Assembly: GCA_964373955.1 (NCBI GenBank)
Contig: CAYJXA010000001.1
Span: 108,301-172,300, forward strand
Origin: an uncultured Methanosarcinales archaeon
Lineage (GTDB): Archaea; Nanobdellota; Nanobdellia; Woesearchaeales; GW2011-AR9
Direction: 5' to 3'
DNA: 64,000 bases
Both the position numbers and the translations under genes were made by a program. This document shows positions 1-9,800 of the stretch, piece by piece (the stretch's first letter is position 1; every line of letters starts with the position of its first letter). The notes beneath the pieces are model-generated. The model was not told the origin of the DNA and ran no database searches. It worked only from the letters and a program-made list of their open reading frames with translations.

Positions 1-1060
1 TTTTTTTCACGATACTATTCTCAAAAGCCCCTGATTCCAGCATTTCCTGAGCTTTCTTGGTTAATTCCCCCGTATATAATAATAGAAGGGGAAGTTTCTT
101 AATTTGAGCCTGCATATAGGCAGCAGAAAGATCTTTCTCATCGCACTTAGTTTTCTGCTTAGCTTTGCAAAAATAGGTCATCATGCCTACTGCGGAAGGA
201 ACTTTAAGCAGAAATTCCATCTCTGCATTCTTGCGGATGGTTTCTTTCTGCTCGATCGTAATTTTGAGCTTTTTACAGTATTCTTCTACGGAAGGTAATA
301 ATTCATCCTCACTCTTCCGCTTGCTTATCCTTTCCCTAACCCGCTGCAAGAGTGGTTTCTTCACCATCGTAGAGACTTTTTCTTCAGGCAAATCTTCTTT
401 TTTAGCTGATTCTGCAACCACAAGATTATCCTTTTGTTCTTCTTTCTCCATCAAGTGCTGTCTGGGAAGGCTCGGAGAAGGAGATATCGGTTCTGAGGGA
501 GTGATTTTATGCTCAAAACTACCCAAAGTAGTTCCTAAGCCGCTTGGCAAGGGTTCCGGAGCAGGAAGGGAAGCAGAAACGGGAAATTCAGGGAGCGTAA
601 TTGGATTCTGGCTGGAAATAAACAATATTTCACTAAGAAGCTGGTTGGTTTCCTCAGCGGAAAGAAGCGCCCACTTCCAAAACAATTCTGCTTTTCCTTC
701 TAAGGTTACTCGCAAAGGAAGGGCAAAATCACGTAAGTTTCGTAGCGCCACCTTATCCAGAAGCTCTAAATGCGATTCTCGCAGTACTTTTTTCTCTTTT
801 AAGAGATTAAGAACATGCAAATCTTTAGGATTAATGTTGCCTGCGGCAAACTGATGTAGCTGGGATTCCTGCCCAGGAAGGTAATAAAGAGGAGAACCAC
901 CGATCTTAAGAAAGGAAACTTTTACTTTTCCCTGCGCCGCTAGGTCGGAAAGCGAAGCAGATGCCAGAAGGATATCAGTACTGAGCATTTTAGCTACCTT
1001 TGCCGGCAAACTGGGCCCTGTAACTCGTAAAAAATGAATAATTTTGTCTTGATCGCTCAT
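1..1060 (-). CDS. Hypothetical protein with N-terminal winged-helix-like region; 3' part runs off the window edge (partial)
   Basis: Reverse-strand ATG at 1060-1058 and an open frame to position 1 with no stop (MSDQDKIIHFLRVTGPSLPAKVAKML...). It is not in the ORF track because it has no in-window stop. The plus-strand ORF 183..854 is its antisense shadow. Confidence 0.4.
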   Translation of the reverse strand, partial: MSDQDKIIHFLRVTGPSLPAKVAKMLSTDILLASASLSDLAAQGKVKVSFLKIGGSPLYYLPGQESQLHQFAAGNINPKDLHVLNLLKEKKVLRESHLELLDKVALRNLRDFALPLRVTLEGKAELFWKWALLSAEETNQLLSEILFISSQNPITLPEFPVSASLPAPEPLPSGLGTTLGSFEHKITPSEPISPSPSLPRQHLMEKEEQKDNLVVAESAKKEDLPEEKVSTMVKKPLLQRVRERISKRKSEDELLPSVEEYCKKLKITIEQKETIRKNAEMEFLLKVPSAVGMMTYFCKAKQKTKCDEKDLSAAYMQAQIKKLPLLLLYTGELTKKAQEMLESGAFENSIVKK

Positions 1061-1358
1061 AACTACTTTAGTAAAAAGGCACTTTAAATAACTTTTGCTA
1101 GAAAAAGAAGATGGTGAAAAAGAAGAAAGATTACAAAAAAAATGAAAAAAGAAAGAAAAGTAAGTATTTTTGGAAAGGGGAGGGAGGAGAGCTGGAAAAA
1201 TTATTCTTTTCTATTTTATCGTCGTTAAAATGAAGAGTTTTATAAAAAATGGCAGTGGAGGAGAGTTTGGCAGGAATTTTTCAGGTTTTAAAAATGGAAA
1301 AAATAAAAAATTGATAAAAATTTTTCACGTCGATAAAATATTGAAAGGTTTCAAAAAA

Positions 1359-1379
1359 CAAAAACTATTTAAATACAAA
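1359..1379 (+). promoter_or_regulatory. Archaeal BRE/TATA-like promoter motif (caaaaactaTTTAAATAcaaa) upstream of the 1430 gene
   Basis: TTTAAATA box about 55 nt upstream of the start codon. An identical 21-mer recurs at 47292..47312 upstream of the 47368 gene. Confidence 0.4.
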
Positions 1380-1429
1380 TGATTTTACATCAAAAAATAA
1401 AAACTTAAATGGCGTGACAGCCAAAACGG

Positions 1430-2137
1430 GTGAAAGTGCATCAAAATTATGTTTCAAGTGGCGAATCTCCACTGCACATTGTTGTTTCCGCGTCTACTCC
1501 CAGTTCTCTTGCATCTGACGTTTCTAGTTTGAGCTATCCTGGAGCAACAAACAGTTTACTAGAACAGAAAATTGGTCTTGCTCCCCCAATGAAAGCAGAG
1601 GGATACAATTCTGTCAGCATCACCCCTTTACCGATTTATAACGGTCTTGCGGAAGAAGATGAAGAGTATCTTACTTTAGGTGAAATGATTGATGAACAGT
1701 GGGTAGACGAAGATGGCGACGCTGCGGGAGATAAAAGTGCAGATTACGATGCCATTATGAAAGGAGAATATGCGGGAAGCTTAGATGCTGATCTTGCTCT
1801 CTACGTTGGACAAGATGGCACTGAGGAGGATGGCAATTGCTCTGCTCTAGAACTTTCTCCTGCTCTAAGCTATTTATTAGATCTGGAAGAGATGGATTCT
1901 GATACACCTACCCCTTACGCATTAAGGACGGAGGATACTTCTTCATATTATGCGTTTGAAACTACCAGTGCCGACTCAACAGGCGATTTTGAAGGAGATG
2001 AACCCGCCACTCCACTTAAAACGGCAACAGCAAAGGCAGAGACTGACGAAGCAGAAGAAGCGAGCGATCAAAAAGAAGGGTATGGACGGCGAGAAGGAGC
2101 ACAAAGTTTAGATCAAATGATCTTAAGAGCAACTTGA
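1430..2137 (+). CDS. Acidic (Asp/Glu-rich) low-complexity hypothetical protein
   Basis: ORF of 235 aa starting at GTG (the first in-frame ATG is about 53 codons in). Very D/E/S/T-rich. No recognisable domain. Confidence 0.3.
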   Translation: MKVHQNYVSSGESPLHIVVSASTPSSLASDVSSLSYPGATNSLLEQKIGLAPPMKAEGYNSVSITPLPIYNGLAEEDEEYLTLGEMIDEQWVDEDGDAAGDKSADYDAIMKGEYAGSLDADLALYVGQDGTEEDGNCSALELSPALSYLLDLEEMDSDTPTPYALRTEDTSSYYAFETTSADSTGDFEGDEPATPLKTATAKAETDEAEEASDQKEGYGRREGAQSLDQMILRAT

Positions 2138-2138
2138 A

Positions 2139-2783
2139 TTAGGGTCGTACCCATGCTACTTGGTAATATGTAACATCATTCTCATCATCGACAATCGCTA
2201 ACAATAATCTCTTTTTCGTGCTATGTGCAACCCGGTTTTTAGCGCTGAATTCATGCCAGGTAAGCGTGCTACCCTCATGAACTGGGAAGACAATCCATTT
2301 TGCATGGTCTTCCCCAGGTTTTACTCCCCGATCATACACCCTGAAGTCAGCTCCAAACTTGAGCGCAGTTTTAATTATATACCCCCTATTTCGCATATCT
2401 TTAAAAACACAATAGCGGATCCAGAAATTAGGCTCAATTTTCTTCGTCTTCTTGAGATACTCTTCAGGAGCAAGCTCTTTCCCAGCATCATTTCTAACCA
2501 GAAGCTTACCCTTTTCCATTAAATAGTATGCTTCCAGCAAGGATAACTCTACTTTCCCGTTCTCAGCTAAAGTACCATAACGAGATTGGTTATAGAGTTC
2601 CCTGGCGTCATCAGAAGATTCGGTGAGGACTTTTTCCCGGCCATGCACTGCTTGAATAACCACTTTTGGTTTAGATTGCTTTTCTGGTTCTGGTTCAGAG
2701 ATGGCCACTTTCTTCTTTGCATTTAATTCCAGATCTTCAAAAGCATTCTCTTCTTCGGACTTACTTTTGGTTATTTTAGGCAT
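2139..2783 (-). CDS. endA: tRNA-splicing endonuclease (tRNA-intron endonuclease catalytic subunit)
   Basis: C-terminal catalytic domain motifs (YLKKT..FWIRY..VFKDMRNRGY..KFGADFRVY...HAKW.VFPV..HSTKKRLL) typical of archaeal EndA. Start chosen at the inner Met (MPKITKSK). Confidence 0.75.
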   Translation of the reverse strand: MPKITKSKSEEENAFEDLELNAKKKVAISEPEPEKQSKPKVVIQAVHGREKVLTESSDDARELYNQSRYGTLAENGKVELSLLEAYYLMEKGKLLVRNDAGKELAPEEYLKKTKKIEPNFWIRYCVFKDMRNRGYIIKTALKFGADFRVYDRGVKPGEDHAKWIVFPVHEGSTLTWHEFSAKNRVAHSTKKRLLLAIVDDENDVTYYQVAWVRP

Positions 2784-2940
2784 AAGAAAATAGTTTAAGG
2801 GGATGTTTTTAAATGTTTGCAAAAATCCTCACTGATTTTTGAAACCCCAAAAAGATCTATTTTTTGTATGGTTTCTAAAAGGTATTTTCTCTACGATGGA
2901 ACTATTGGTCATATTTTGTCTCATTAGAGGTGTTCTTAAT

Positions 2941-4902
2941 CTACGCACAATTCTGCAAGTAATACGATAAAGCTGCTGTGCCTGCAGGAACCATAGTGGT
3001 TATATTTCTCTCTAAGAATGGACCTAATTCTTCTGGCGTACAAAAGAGAAGTTGTTCGTGTTCATAACGAGCCGGAGCATCTCTCCAGCGTTGCTCTAAC
3101 TCTGGTTTGCCAATACGAAGAGGTATTCCCATCACTAATTCCGGAACGCGAGAAGGCTGCTGGCGAATAAGACCATAAAATACGGGAACCCCCACACTAC
3201 TTCGATCTAAGCCCAATTTTTCTGCCAAAGCTTCCATTAAATAATCAAACGGATCAGGAGATCTATCTTCTCTCTTTTCAACATGGCAACCAAAGACGTG
3301 CACCGAGCCGGGATAATGATGGACTCTATCGCTGCGTAATCCCAATGGGATATAAATTTCCGTTCCAGGCGTTCGTCCTTCAGATTCCATACCATAAAGT
3401 ACTGCACAAATGCTTAAAGGACTGCCAAAATAGGAATCGGGATCAGCAGTATCTTCAAGTCCTGCATTGACCAACATATCTCGAAATTCCCGGTCGTGAA
3501 CCGCTAAATCATTCGTTCCTAACACATCACTATACGAAACGCTGTTAATTCCTAGATAAAGCGTAGTGCCTTGTAAAAATGCTCTTGACAATCGATGTTT
3601 CTGTCGCCCATCAATTTGACTAACAAGCTTTAATGCCTTTTGTTGATGCCCCTGGGCGAAGGCTTCCGCTAAATCTTCCTGGCGATGTGCTCTTACTCGA
3701 GCATCCGTTTGTTGCCAATATTCAACTGAACGCCGATAGAGTCCCGGATGTCGCGAGGCCAGCATACAGGGATCACCACCAGCAATTCTTATTTCTAATT
3801 TATCAAGAGAAATGGGTTTTTCTGGTTGAATTAATACTTCCCAGGGCCTTGCTACTCTCGGAGACGGAGAAACGGTTTCTGTAAGTACAATATCTGCAGC
3901 CACTCCTCGCCTCTGCGTAGAGGAAGATAACGGAGGAATTCGGTCCATCCAGTATTCAATCATCTCATCAAGCATACTTTCAAAAGTATACGTTGGTTTC
4001 CAGCCTAAAACCTGGCGCAGTTTAGCAGAATCCCCTTTAAGTACACGCAGTTCTTCACTGCGACACAAATTTGAATCAGTCTTGACAAATGCCTGATAAT
4101 CAAGACCAAGCTTTCCAAAAACATATTCACAGAGCTCTAAGACGGTATGACTTACGCCGGTTGCTACTACAAAATCATCTGGTTTGTCGTTTTGAAGCAT
4201 CAGCCACATAGCTTGTACAAAGTCGTGGGAATGACCCCAATCCCTAGCCGCATGCAAATTACCAAGCAAAAGTTCGGAGGACAAGCCGCGACTAATCTTA
4301 ACAGCTCCTTTTACAACTTTGTTGGTCACAAAATTAACCCCTCTTCGGGGGGACTCATGATTAAACGAAATTCCGTTGGACAAAAATAGGCCATACGATC
4401 TTCGATAATGTTGTATTAATTTGTGGGCATGGAGTTTGGCACAGCCATAAGGACTTACTGGTTCCATAGCAGTGGTTTCTCTTTGGAAGCCATCGGGATC
4501 TTGAGAGTTGCCAAACATTTCTGAGGAACTAGGATGAAAAAAACGGGCAGGCAAATTTAATTCTTTCATGAAATCAAGTAGCAGCATGGTTCCTTGCACG
4601 ATAGAGCTGCTGGTAAGCACAGGCATATCAAAGCTGGCACGCACATCCGTTTGAGCAGCTAAGTGGTAAATCTCATCGGGCTTGTATTTATGTAAAACAT
4701 GCAGCAGAGAAATTGGATCTTGTAGATCTGCGCGCTCAAGGGTGATACGACTAATTATAGCATCTAATCTCTCTGTATCAGTTTGGCTCACTGAGTAGTC
4801 GCGCTGGGCGATACCGATAACTCTGTATCCTTTATCAAGAAGAAAAGGTGCTAAGTAGCTCCCGTCTTGTCCGGTAATGCCGGTAATCAGCGCTTTTTTC
4901 AT
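2941..4902 (-). CDS. gmd: GDP-mannose 4,6-dehydratase (N-terminal ~340 aa) fused to an uncharacterised ~310-aa Arg-rich C-terminal domain
   Basis: N-terminus MKKALITGITGQDGSYLAPFLLDKGY.V.GI.RR, a Rossmann SDR fold matching Gmd. The single 653-aa ORF continues past the usual Gmd end into an unrelated domain. Confidence 0.75.
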   Translation of the reverse strand: MKKALITGITGQDGSYLAPFLLDKGYRVIGIAQRDYSVSQTDTERLDAIISRITLERADLQDPISLLHVLHKYKPDEIYHLAAQTDVRASFDMPVLTSSSIVQGTMLLLDFMKELNLPARFFHPSSSEMFGNSQDPDGFQRETTAMEPVSPYGCAKLHAHKLIQHYRRSYGLFLSNGISFNHESPRRGVNFVTNKVVKGAVKISRGLSSELLLGNLHAARDWGHSHDFVQAMWLMLQNDKPDDFVVATGVSHTVLELCEYVFGKLGLDYQAFVKTDSNLCRSEELRVLKGDSAKLRQVLGWKPTYTFESMLDEMIEYWMDRIPPLSSSTQRRGVAADIVLTETVSPSPRVARPWEVLIQPEKPISLDKLEIRIAGGDPCMLASRHPGLYRRSVEYWQQTDARVRAHRQEDLAEAFAQGHQQKALKLVSQIDGRQKHRLSRAFLQGTTLYLGINSVSYSDVLGTNDLAVHDREFRDMLVNAGLEDTADPDSYFGSPLSICAVLYGMESEGRTPGTEIYIPLGLRSDRVHHYPGSVHVFGCHVEKREDRSPDPFDYLMEALAEKLGLDRSSVGVPVFYGLIRQQPSRVPELVMGIPLRIGKPELEQRWRDAPARYEHEQLLFCTPEELGPFLERNITTMVPAGTAALSYYLQNCA

Positions 4903-5022
4903 ACGAAATAGAAATAAGAAGATTCTTTTTAAATATTTAGTAGATACTCACTAGAGAGTAGTATCCCATTTAGGAGGGCCTGCTACCATAATTAATATAT
5001 AGCTCAGGAAGAGGGAAATGAC

Positions 5023-6255
5023 ATGAAATACGCTCACCTCGCCGATCTCCATCTTGGATCCTGGCGTGAACTACAGATGAAAGAACTTTCCACCAAAGCC
5101 TTCCTCAATGCTATCGATCTTTGCATCCAACAGCAAGTGGATTTCATCCTTTTCGCTGGCGACATCTTTAACACTTCCCTCCCCTCACTTGACACGCTTA
5201 AAATAGTGACCAAGAAAATCAAAGAGTTGAAAGACCACCATATCCCTCTTTACGTGATCGCGGGATCTCACGACTTTTCTCCCAGCGGCAAAACGATGAT
5301 TGATGTGCTTGAAAATGCGGGATTGCTCACCAACGTTTGCAAAGGGGGGGTACATCCGGAAACCAAGCAACTTCAGTTGCATTTCACCCAAGATCAGAAA
5401 ACGGGAGCAAAGGTTACCGGAATCCTAGGCCGGAAAGGCCAATTAGATAAGAGTTACTATGAAAATCTTTCCCTGGAACCGTTAGAACAGGAAACAGGAT
5501 ATAAAATTTTCATGTTTCATACTTCTATTTCCGAATTGAAGCCAAAACATTTAGAAAACATAGAATCACAGCCAGCTTCTTTCCTTCCGAAAGGATTCAA
5601 CTATTACGCTGGAGGACATATCCATCACCGCACTCAAGTTGACCTTCCAGGCTACGGAACGTTGACTTATCCCGGAGCATTATTTCCCAATAATTTCGCT
5701 GAAATAGAAAAGTACAGTCACGGGGGCTTCTATCTTATTACTGTAGAAGAAAGCACTCAACAGATTCAGTGGATCCCTGTAGAGATAGTAAAACATCATG
5801 CTTTTACCTTCCACTGTGCTCACGAATCGCCAGAAGCTATGTACAACCAGATTATGGACTACTTTAAAGACCTGGGAGTAGGAAACAGCTTAATCACTAT
5901 CCGCCTCCAAGGAAAATTGGGTTCAGGGAAAGTCTCTGACATTAACTTTAAGAGAATTTTCCAAGAGTTGTATGCTAGGGGAGCTTATTTTGTCATGAAA
6001 AATACGGCTCAATTAGCCTCTTCGGAATTCGAGGAGGTCAAGATTGCTGAAAGCAGCCCGGAAGAAATTGAGGAAAGAATCATCAAAGAACATCTCCAAC
6101 AAAACCAACTCTTCGAGAAAGATGTGGAGCTGGGGATAATCACCGGCCTTTTGAACATTCTGAATACAACCAGGAGAGAAGGAGAAACAAGTACAACTTT
6201 TCAAGAGAGGATCGTTGAAAACCTAGAAAAGCAATTCTTGCCAGGGAGAGATTAA
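5023..6255 (+). CDS. mre11: DNA double-strand break repair nuclease Mre11 (metallophosphoesterase)
   Basis: MKYAHLADLHLG..GDIF.., GSHD and GGHIHHR phosphoesterase motifs, 410 aa. No rad50 is adjacent. Confidence 0.85.
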   Translation: MKYAHLADLHLGSWRELQMKELSTKAFLNAIDLCIQQQVDFILFAGDIFNTSLPSLDTLKIVTKKIKELKDHHIPLYVIAGSHDFSPSGKTMIDVLENAGLLTNVCKGGVHPETKQLQLHFTQDQKTGAKVTGILGRKGQLDKSYYENLSLEPLEQETGYKIFMFHTSISELKPKHLENIESQPASFLPKGFNYYAGGHIHHRTQVDLPGYGTLTYPGALFPNNFAEIEKYSHGGFYLITVEESTQQIQWIPVEIVKHHAFTFHCAHESPEAMYNQIMDYFKDLGVGNSLITIRLQGKLGSGKVSDINFKRIFQELYARGAYFVMKNTAQLASSEFEEVKIAESSPEEIEERIIKEHLQQNQLFEKDVELGIITGLLNILNTTRREGETSTTFQERIVENLEKQFLPGRD

Positions 6256-6327
6256 TTTCTTGATTACCCTAATTAGAAGAAAAAAGATAGGACTAAAAAA
6301 GAAAAACTCAAAAAGGAAATCGCCCAG

Positions 6328-6416
6328 AGCGAAGCTTTCCGCAAGGAAAGTCACGAACGAAGTGACTCGACGAGCATCCCACCGGTCCAAGACCGGGTGG
6401 AAAATTCCGTGATTTT
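6328..6416 (+). ncRNA. Copy A of a repeated structured RNA-like element (GNRA-capped hairpins, ends in ttccgtgatttt plus a U-tract)
   Basis: About 50-nt 5' block agcgaagctttcCgCaaggaaagtcacgaacgaagtgactcgacgag plus 3' ggaaaattccgtgatttt. A near-identical block occurs at 17324..17480. It lies about 70 nt downstream of the mre11 stop and overlaps the stop of the convergent gene. Confidence 0.35.
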
Positions 6417-6888
6417 ACCTTTTTTGGCTATGAATATACACGGCAACAAGAGCACCAATAGCCACAATTGCTAAAGTAGCCCACAACCAGCCTAATTCTA
6501 GTGCTTCCCGATCCATTTTTTCTGCTACTTCTAGTTCTTCAGTTGGAACCGTTTGATCTTGAACTGCTTCCTCTTGAATTTCTTCTGCAGGTGCAGCTTC
6601 TTCAGGTGCTTGTTCCGCCGTTTCTAGTTCTGGTTCTTCTGCTGCAGGTGCGGGCGCAGATTGCTTAACACAAACACCATTTACCTTCGTGTAACCAGCA
6701 ATACAAGTTCCACCTACTCCTCTCCCTCCGCCGCCCCCGCCGCCACCAGTACTGGAGGAGCTTGAACTACTACTGGAAGAACTACTTCCACTTGGCGCAC
6801 TTCCCGGACCGTACGCCGCAAACGCAAATGAAACTAAAAACAAAGTTATAATCACAAAAACAAAGGCTTTTTTCATTGTGACTTTCAT
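6415..6888 (-). CDS. Small secreted/membrane-anchored Ser/Gly-tract Cys-containing protein
   Basis: N-terminal signal peptide, poly-Ser (13x) and poly-Gly tracts, acidic linker, C-terminal TM helix. Its start overlaps the stop of the upstream giant Cys-rich gene (operon). Confidence 0.55.
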   Translation of the reverse strand: MKVTMKKAFVFVIITLFLVSFAFAAYGPGSAPSGSSSSSSSSSSSSTGGGGGGGGRGVGGTCIAGYTKVNGVCVKQSAPAPAAEEPELETAEQAPEEAAPAEEIQEEAVQDQTVPTEELEVAEKMDREALELGWLWATLAIVAIGALVAVYIHSQKR

Positions 6889-6889
6889 T

Positions 6890-9800
6890 TTAACATCCCC
6901 ACTCCGCTGGAACGCGCCAGGTTGTCAAGTTTGTAGTAGTATTATAACCCAAATTTGTAGCGTTCGCAGTTTTATTCACGCAGTTTCCAAGATTAGCATT
7001 ACACTGCCACAACACAGTTACGTTCCCTGGAATTCCAATTTCCAGTTTCTTCGGTCTGAAAGCGTTAATTAATTCCTGACACTTGGTATTTCCCAAGCCA
7101 ACAAAAGTCCCATTAGTGGTCGAATTAATTCCGATGTCACCTGTTCCAGGAGTAAAGTTTTGAGCACCGGTAGAAACTTTACCAGTAATGCTTGCATTAA
7201 CTAAAACCACTTTCCACTTGCTGCTATTCGAAGCGGTAGGATTTTCTATGACCAGATCGAAGCCTTTAGTCTGGCTGTAATTCAAGTTAACACCTGCGCT
7301 GCTATTCCCCGTAACATTATTTGTCGTCCCACCAGGTAACCTAAAAGTAAAGGTAATATTTCCCAGCGGATCAGTTGCTACCGCTCCCGAAGGGGGCGTG
7401 AAAGGGAACGTAAAAGTACTGGTACAAGTTTTACAGGTAGTTAACGTTCCTTTCGTCGTAAAATTGGAACAAGCGCTCACAGCACAATTACTACTGATAT
7501 CGCACACCGTTGTTTTGTAGTAATATACTGTTGCATTGTTCAATGTAGAGCCAACTTTATCTGGATTAAAATCAAAGTTATCAATAGAAGCATCGTGCCA
7601 GAGCCGATAATCTTGAAGCCCAGTATCAATAAGACCACTATCTCTTATAGTTTTATTTAATACCTTACAGGTGCTGTCGTTATTGTAAAAAGAGAGGGTT
7701 CCATTTGCCGGTTCATTAGTATCATAACTGATGAACGCTGAATCAATGAATGGATCCACCTGTGACCAGGTTATTTTTGGTGCTGTCTTATCATTCGCAT
7801 CAGCTTGTAAGACTCCGCCACAGAAATAGGAATCATAGCTGCAGCCAGCATCATCACAATCTGTTAGTCCGTCAGCATCGTTATCCACACTATCCTTACA
7901 CTGGAACCCAGCTTCATTGGGCACGAATCCAAACTTGAGGAAGCTGAAACAGTCCGGATCATTACTTGCGGTTATTCCATCCCCATCATTGTCTCCTCCA
8001 GTGTTAGAACAATCCTCAAACTTAAAGTCAAAAGAGCCGGGAGTATAGAAGTATGGTCCGGCAACATCCACCACAAAGCTATCGTTAGTGGTAATATTAC
8101 TTACAGTAGCATAGACGCGCATACTCTTGCTCTTATTGTAAAGAGACTTAAACTTGCTGAGCTCTACTTTGTCTATCCCGGCCATTCCTCCCCCAATCAA
8201 AGAACACATTTTTGCCCGATCCGAGGTAACCGGTATGGGAACTGCTCCCCAGCTGCCATTGAAACACTGGAAAGATGTTTTTATTTCTGCTAAGCTAGAG
8301 GTATAATTACCCTGATACTTAAATGAAAACTCAAACCCAGTTAAAGAACTATTATCCCGGGCAGCACAATTATTGGTCGCATTTCCATCGGTATCAAGAT
8401 ACCAAAGAAAGGTGTGATCCAAACTACCTGATCCGACACCGTTAGTTTTCAAAGGAATACTATTGCAAATTCCACTTCCAGTGAAATCCTGAATTACTGA
8501 TCCCAGCACTAAACGATCAAAGTCATCACGCAACCCTAACTGGCCTAAGTCATAATTATCACTTATTCCAGGTTGGTTGCCATCATCACCTAAGAATGTT
8601 GGTTCTATATTTCCCATGAACGTAACAAAGCCACCTTCTCCTTTGGGATCACAGAATCCAGAAACATTTTGGTTTTCTACGTTACTGGTTACATTATTAT
8701 TAAACCGACTATCTGTAAACCAGGTACAACTTGCATTCAAAGATCCCTCACATTTACTTTTATTCCCATCAGCACTAAAGCAATTTCCTCCAAAGGATTT
8801 AGGTTCACATAAGCCCGTAAGCTGTTCACATAACCCATTTGTTCCCGTCAGACAGGTAGCATTCGACCTCGTGAAACAAACAGGTTCACATTGTCCCAAA
8901 GAGTTATAAGTAGTACTCCAAGCACAGACTTGGGTAGATATGCCTCCAATAGTCACATTTGCTTCGCATGCTGCCTGGGAACTTCTTCGAGTAGCGTTGC
9001 CAAAACACTGTGAAAAGATAAGCGGCTCACACCAGCCCCCTCCACCAAAACCGCCGCCGAAACCTCCCCCCGTATTCCATCCGCAGCCCCTCGTTGTTTC
9101 GCACGCAGTTTGATTTTGGTTAGAGAAGCAATTATCTTCGGCAGTTGCATTTACTTCACAAGTACCGCCTGCTATAGAAATATAAGTACAGTCGGCAGTA
9201 TTGGAACAGCCCGTCTGATCAGTATCAAATTGCCAGCATTGTGCTCCCGGAAAGTCACAATGACCACCACTGGCTCCTCCAAAAGTACTTTCAAAATCAT
9301 CTTTCAGCCAGGCGCAGCCGTTAGAAGTACAGGTGGAATTACTGGTATAGCTGGGGCAGTTGCCAAATTTATCGTTTAAATCGTCCCCCCCGCAGAATTT
9401 GTCTGTAGCACAGTCTGCATCCGCACAGTCCGTTTTAGCGTCATTATCATTATCCTGTCCGTCAAAACAAACTTCCCCGGTAAAACCTACCGGTTCGCAA
9501 TAATAATTTACACTATCCCAGCTGCAAGATCCATTTCCCCCTTTTCCAGTGTTAATGCAGTCACTAGAGGAATAACAGCTGAAACAATCATTCCCACAGC
9601 GTTTCTCATTCTTGCCAAAACAATATCCCGCTCCGTTGGCAGCGCTAGTATCCGCTGCCCAAACACAGCCAGCAGTACTGTTCTCACACTTTGCCTGTGG
9701 TGCAGTTAAGAACTCACAAGCACCACATACATCATCACAATCTTTTCCTCCACCAATCACAAAAGCGTCTTTCGGAGTACACCACCCATACCCGTTAAAA

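Noticed and set aside
183-854. 223-aa plus-strand ORF in the ORF track
   Set aside because: It lies entirely antisense to a longer minus-strand gene (ATG at 1060, open to the window edge) whose N-terminus looks like a real protein. The plus ORF is S/L/R-rich shadow translation.
6328-6416. Interpreting the repeated elements as tRNA genes or C/D-box sRNAs
   Set aside because: The 7-nt loops lack U33 and purine-37 geometry on either strand. There is no T-loop or acceptor pairing, and no RUGAUGA/CUGA box pairs at the expected spacing.
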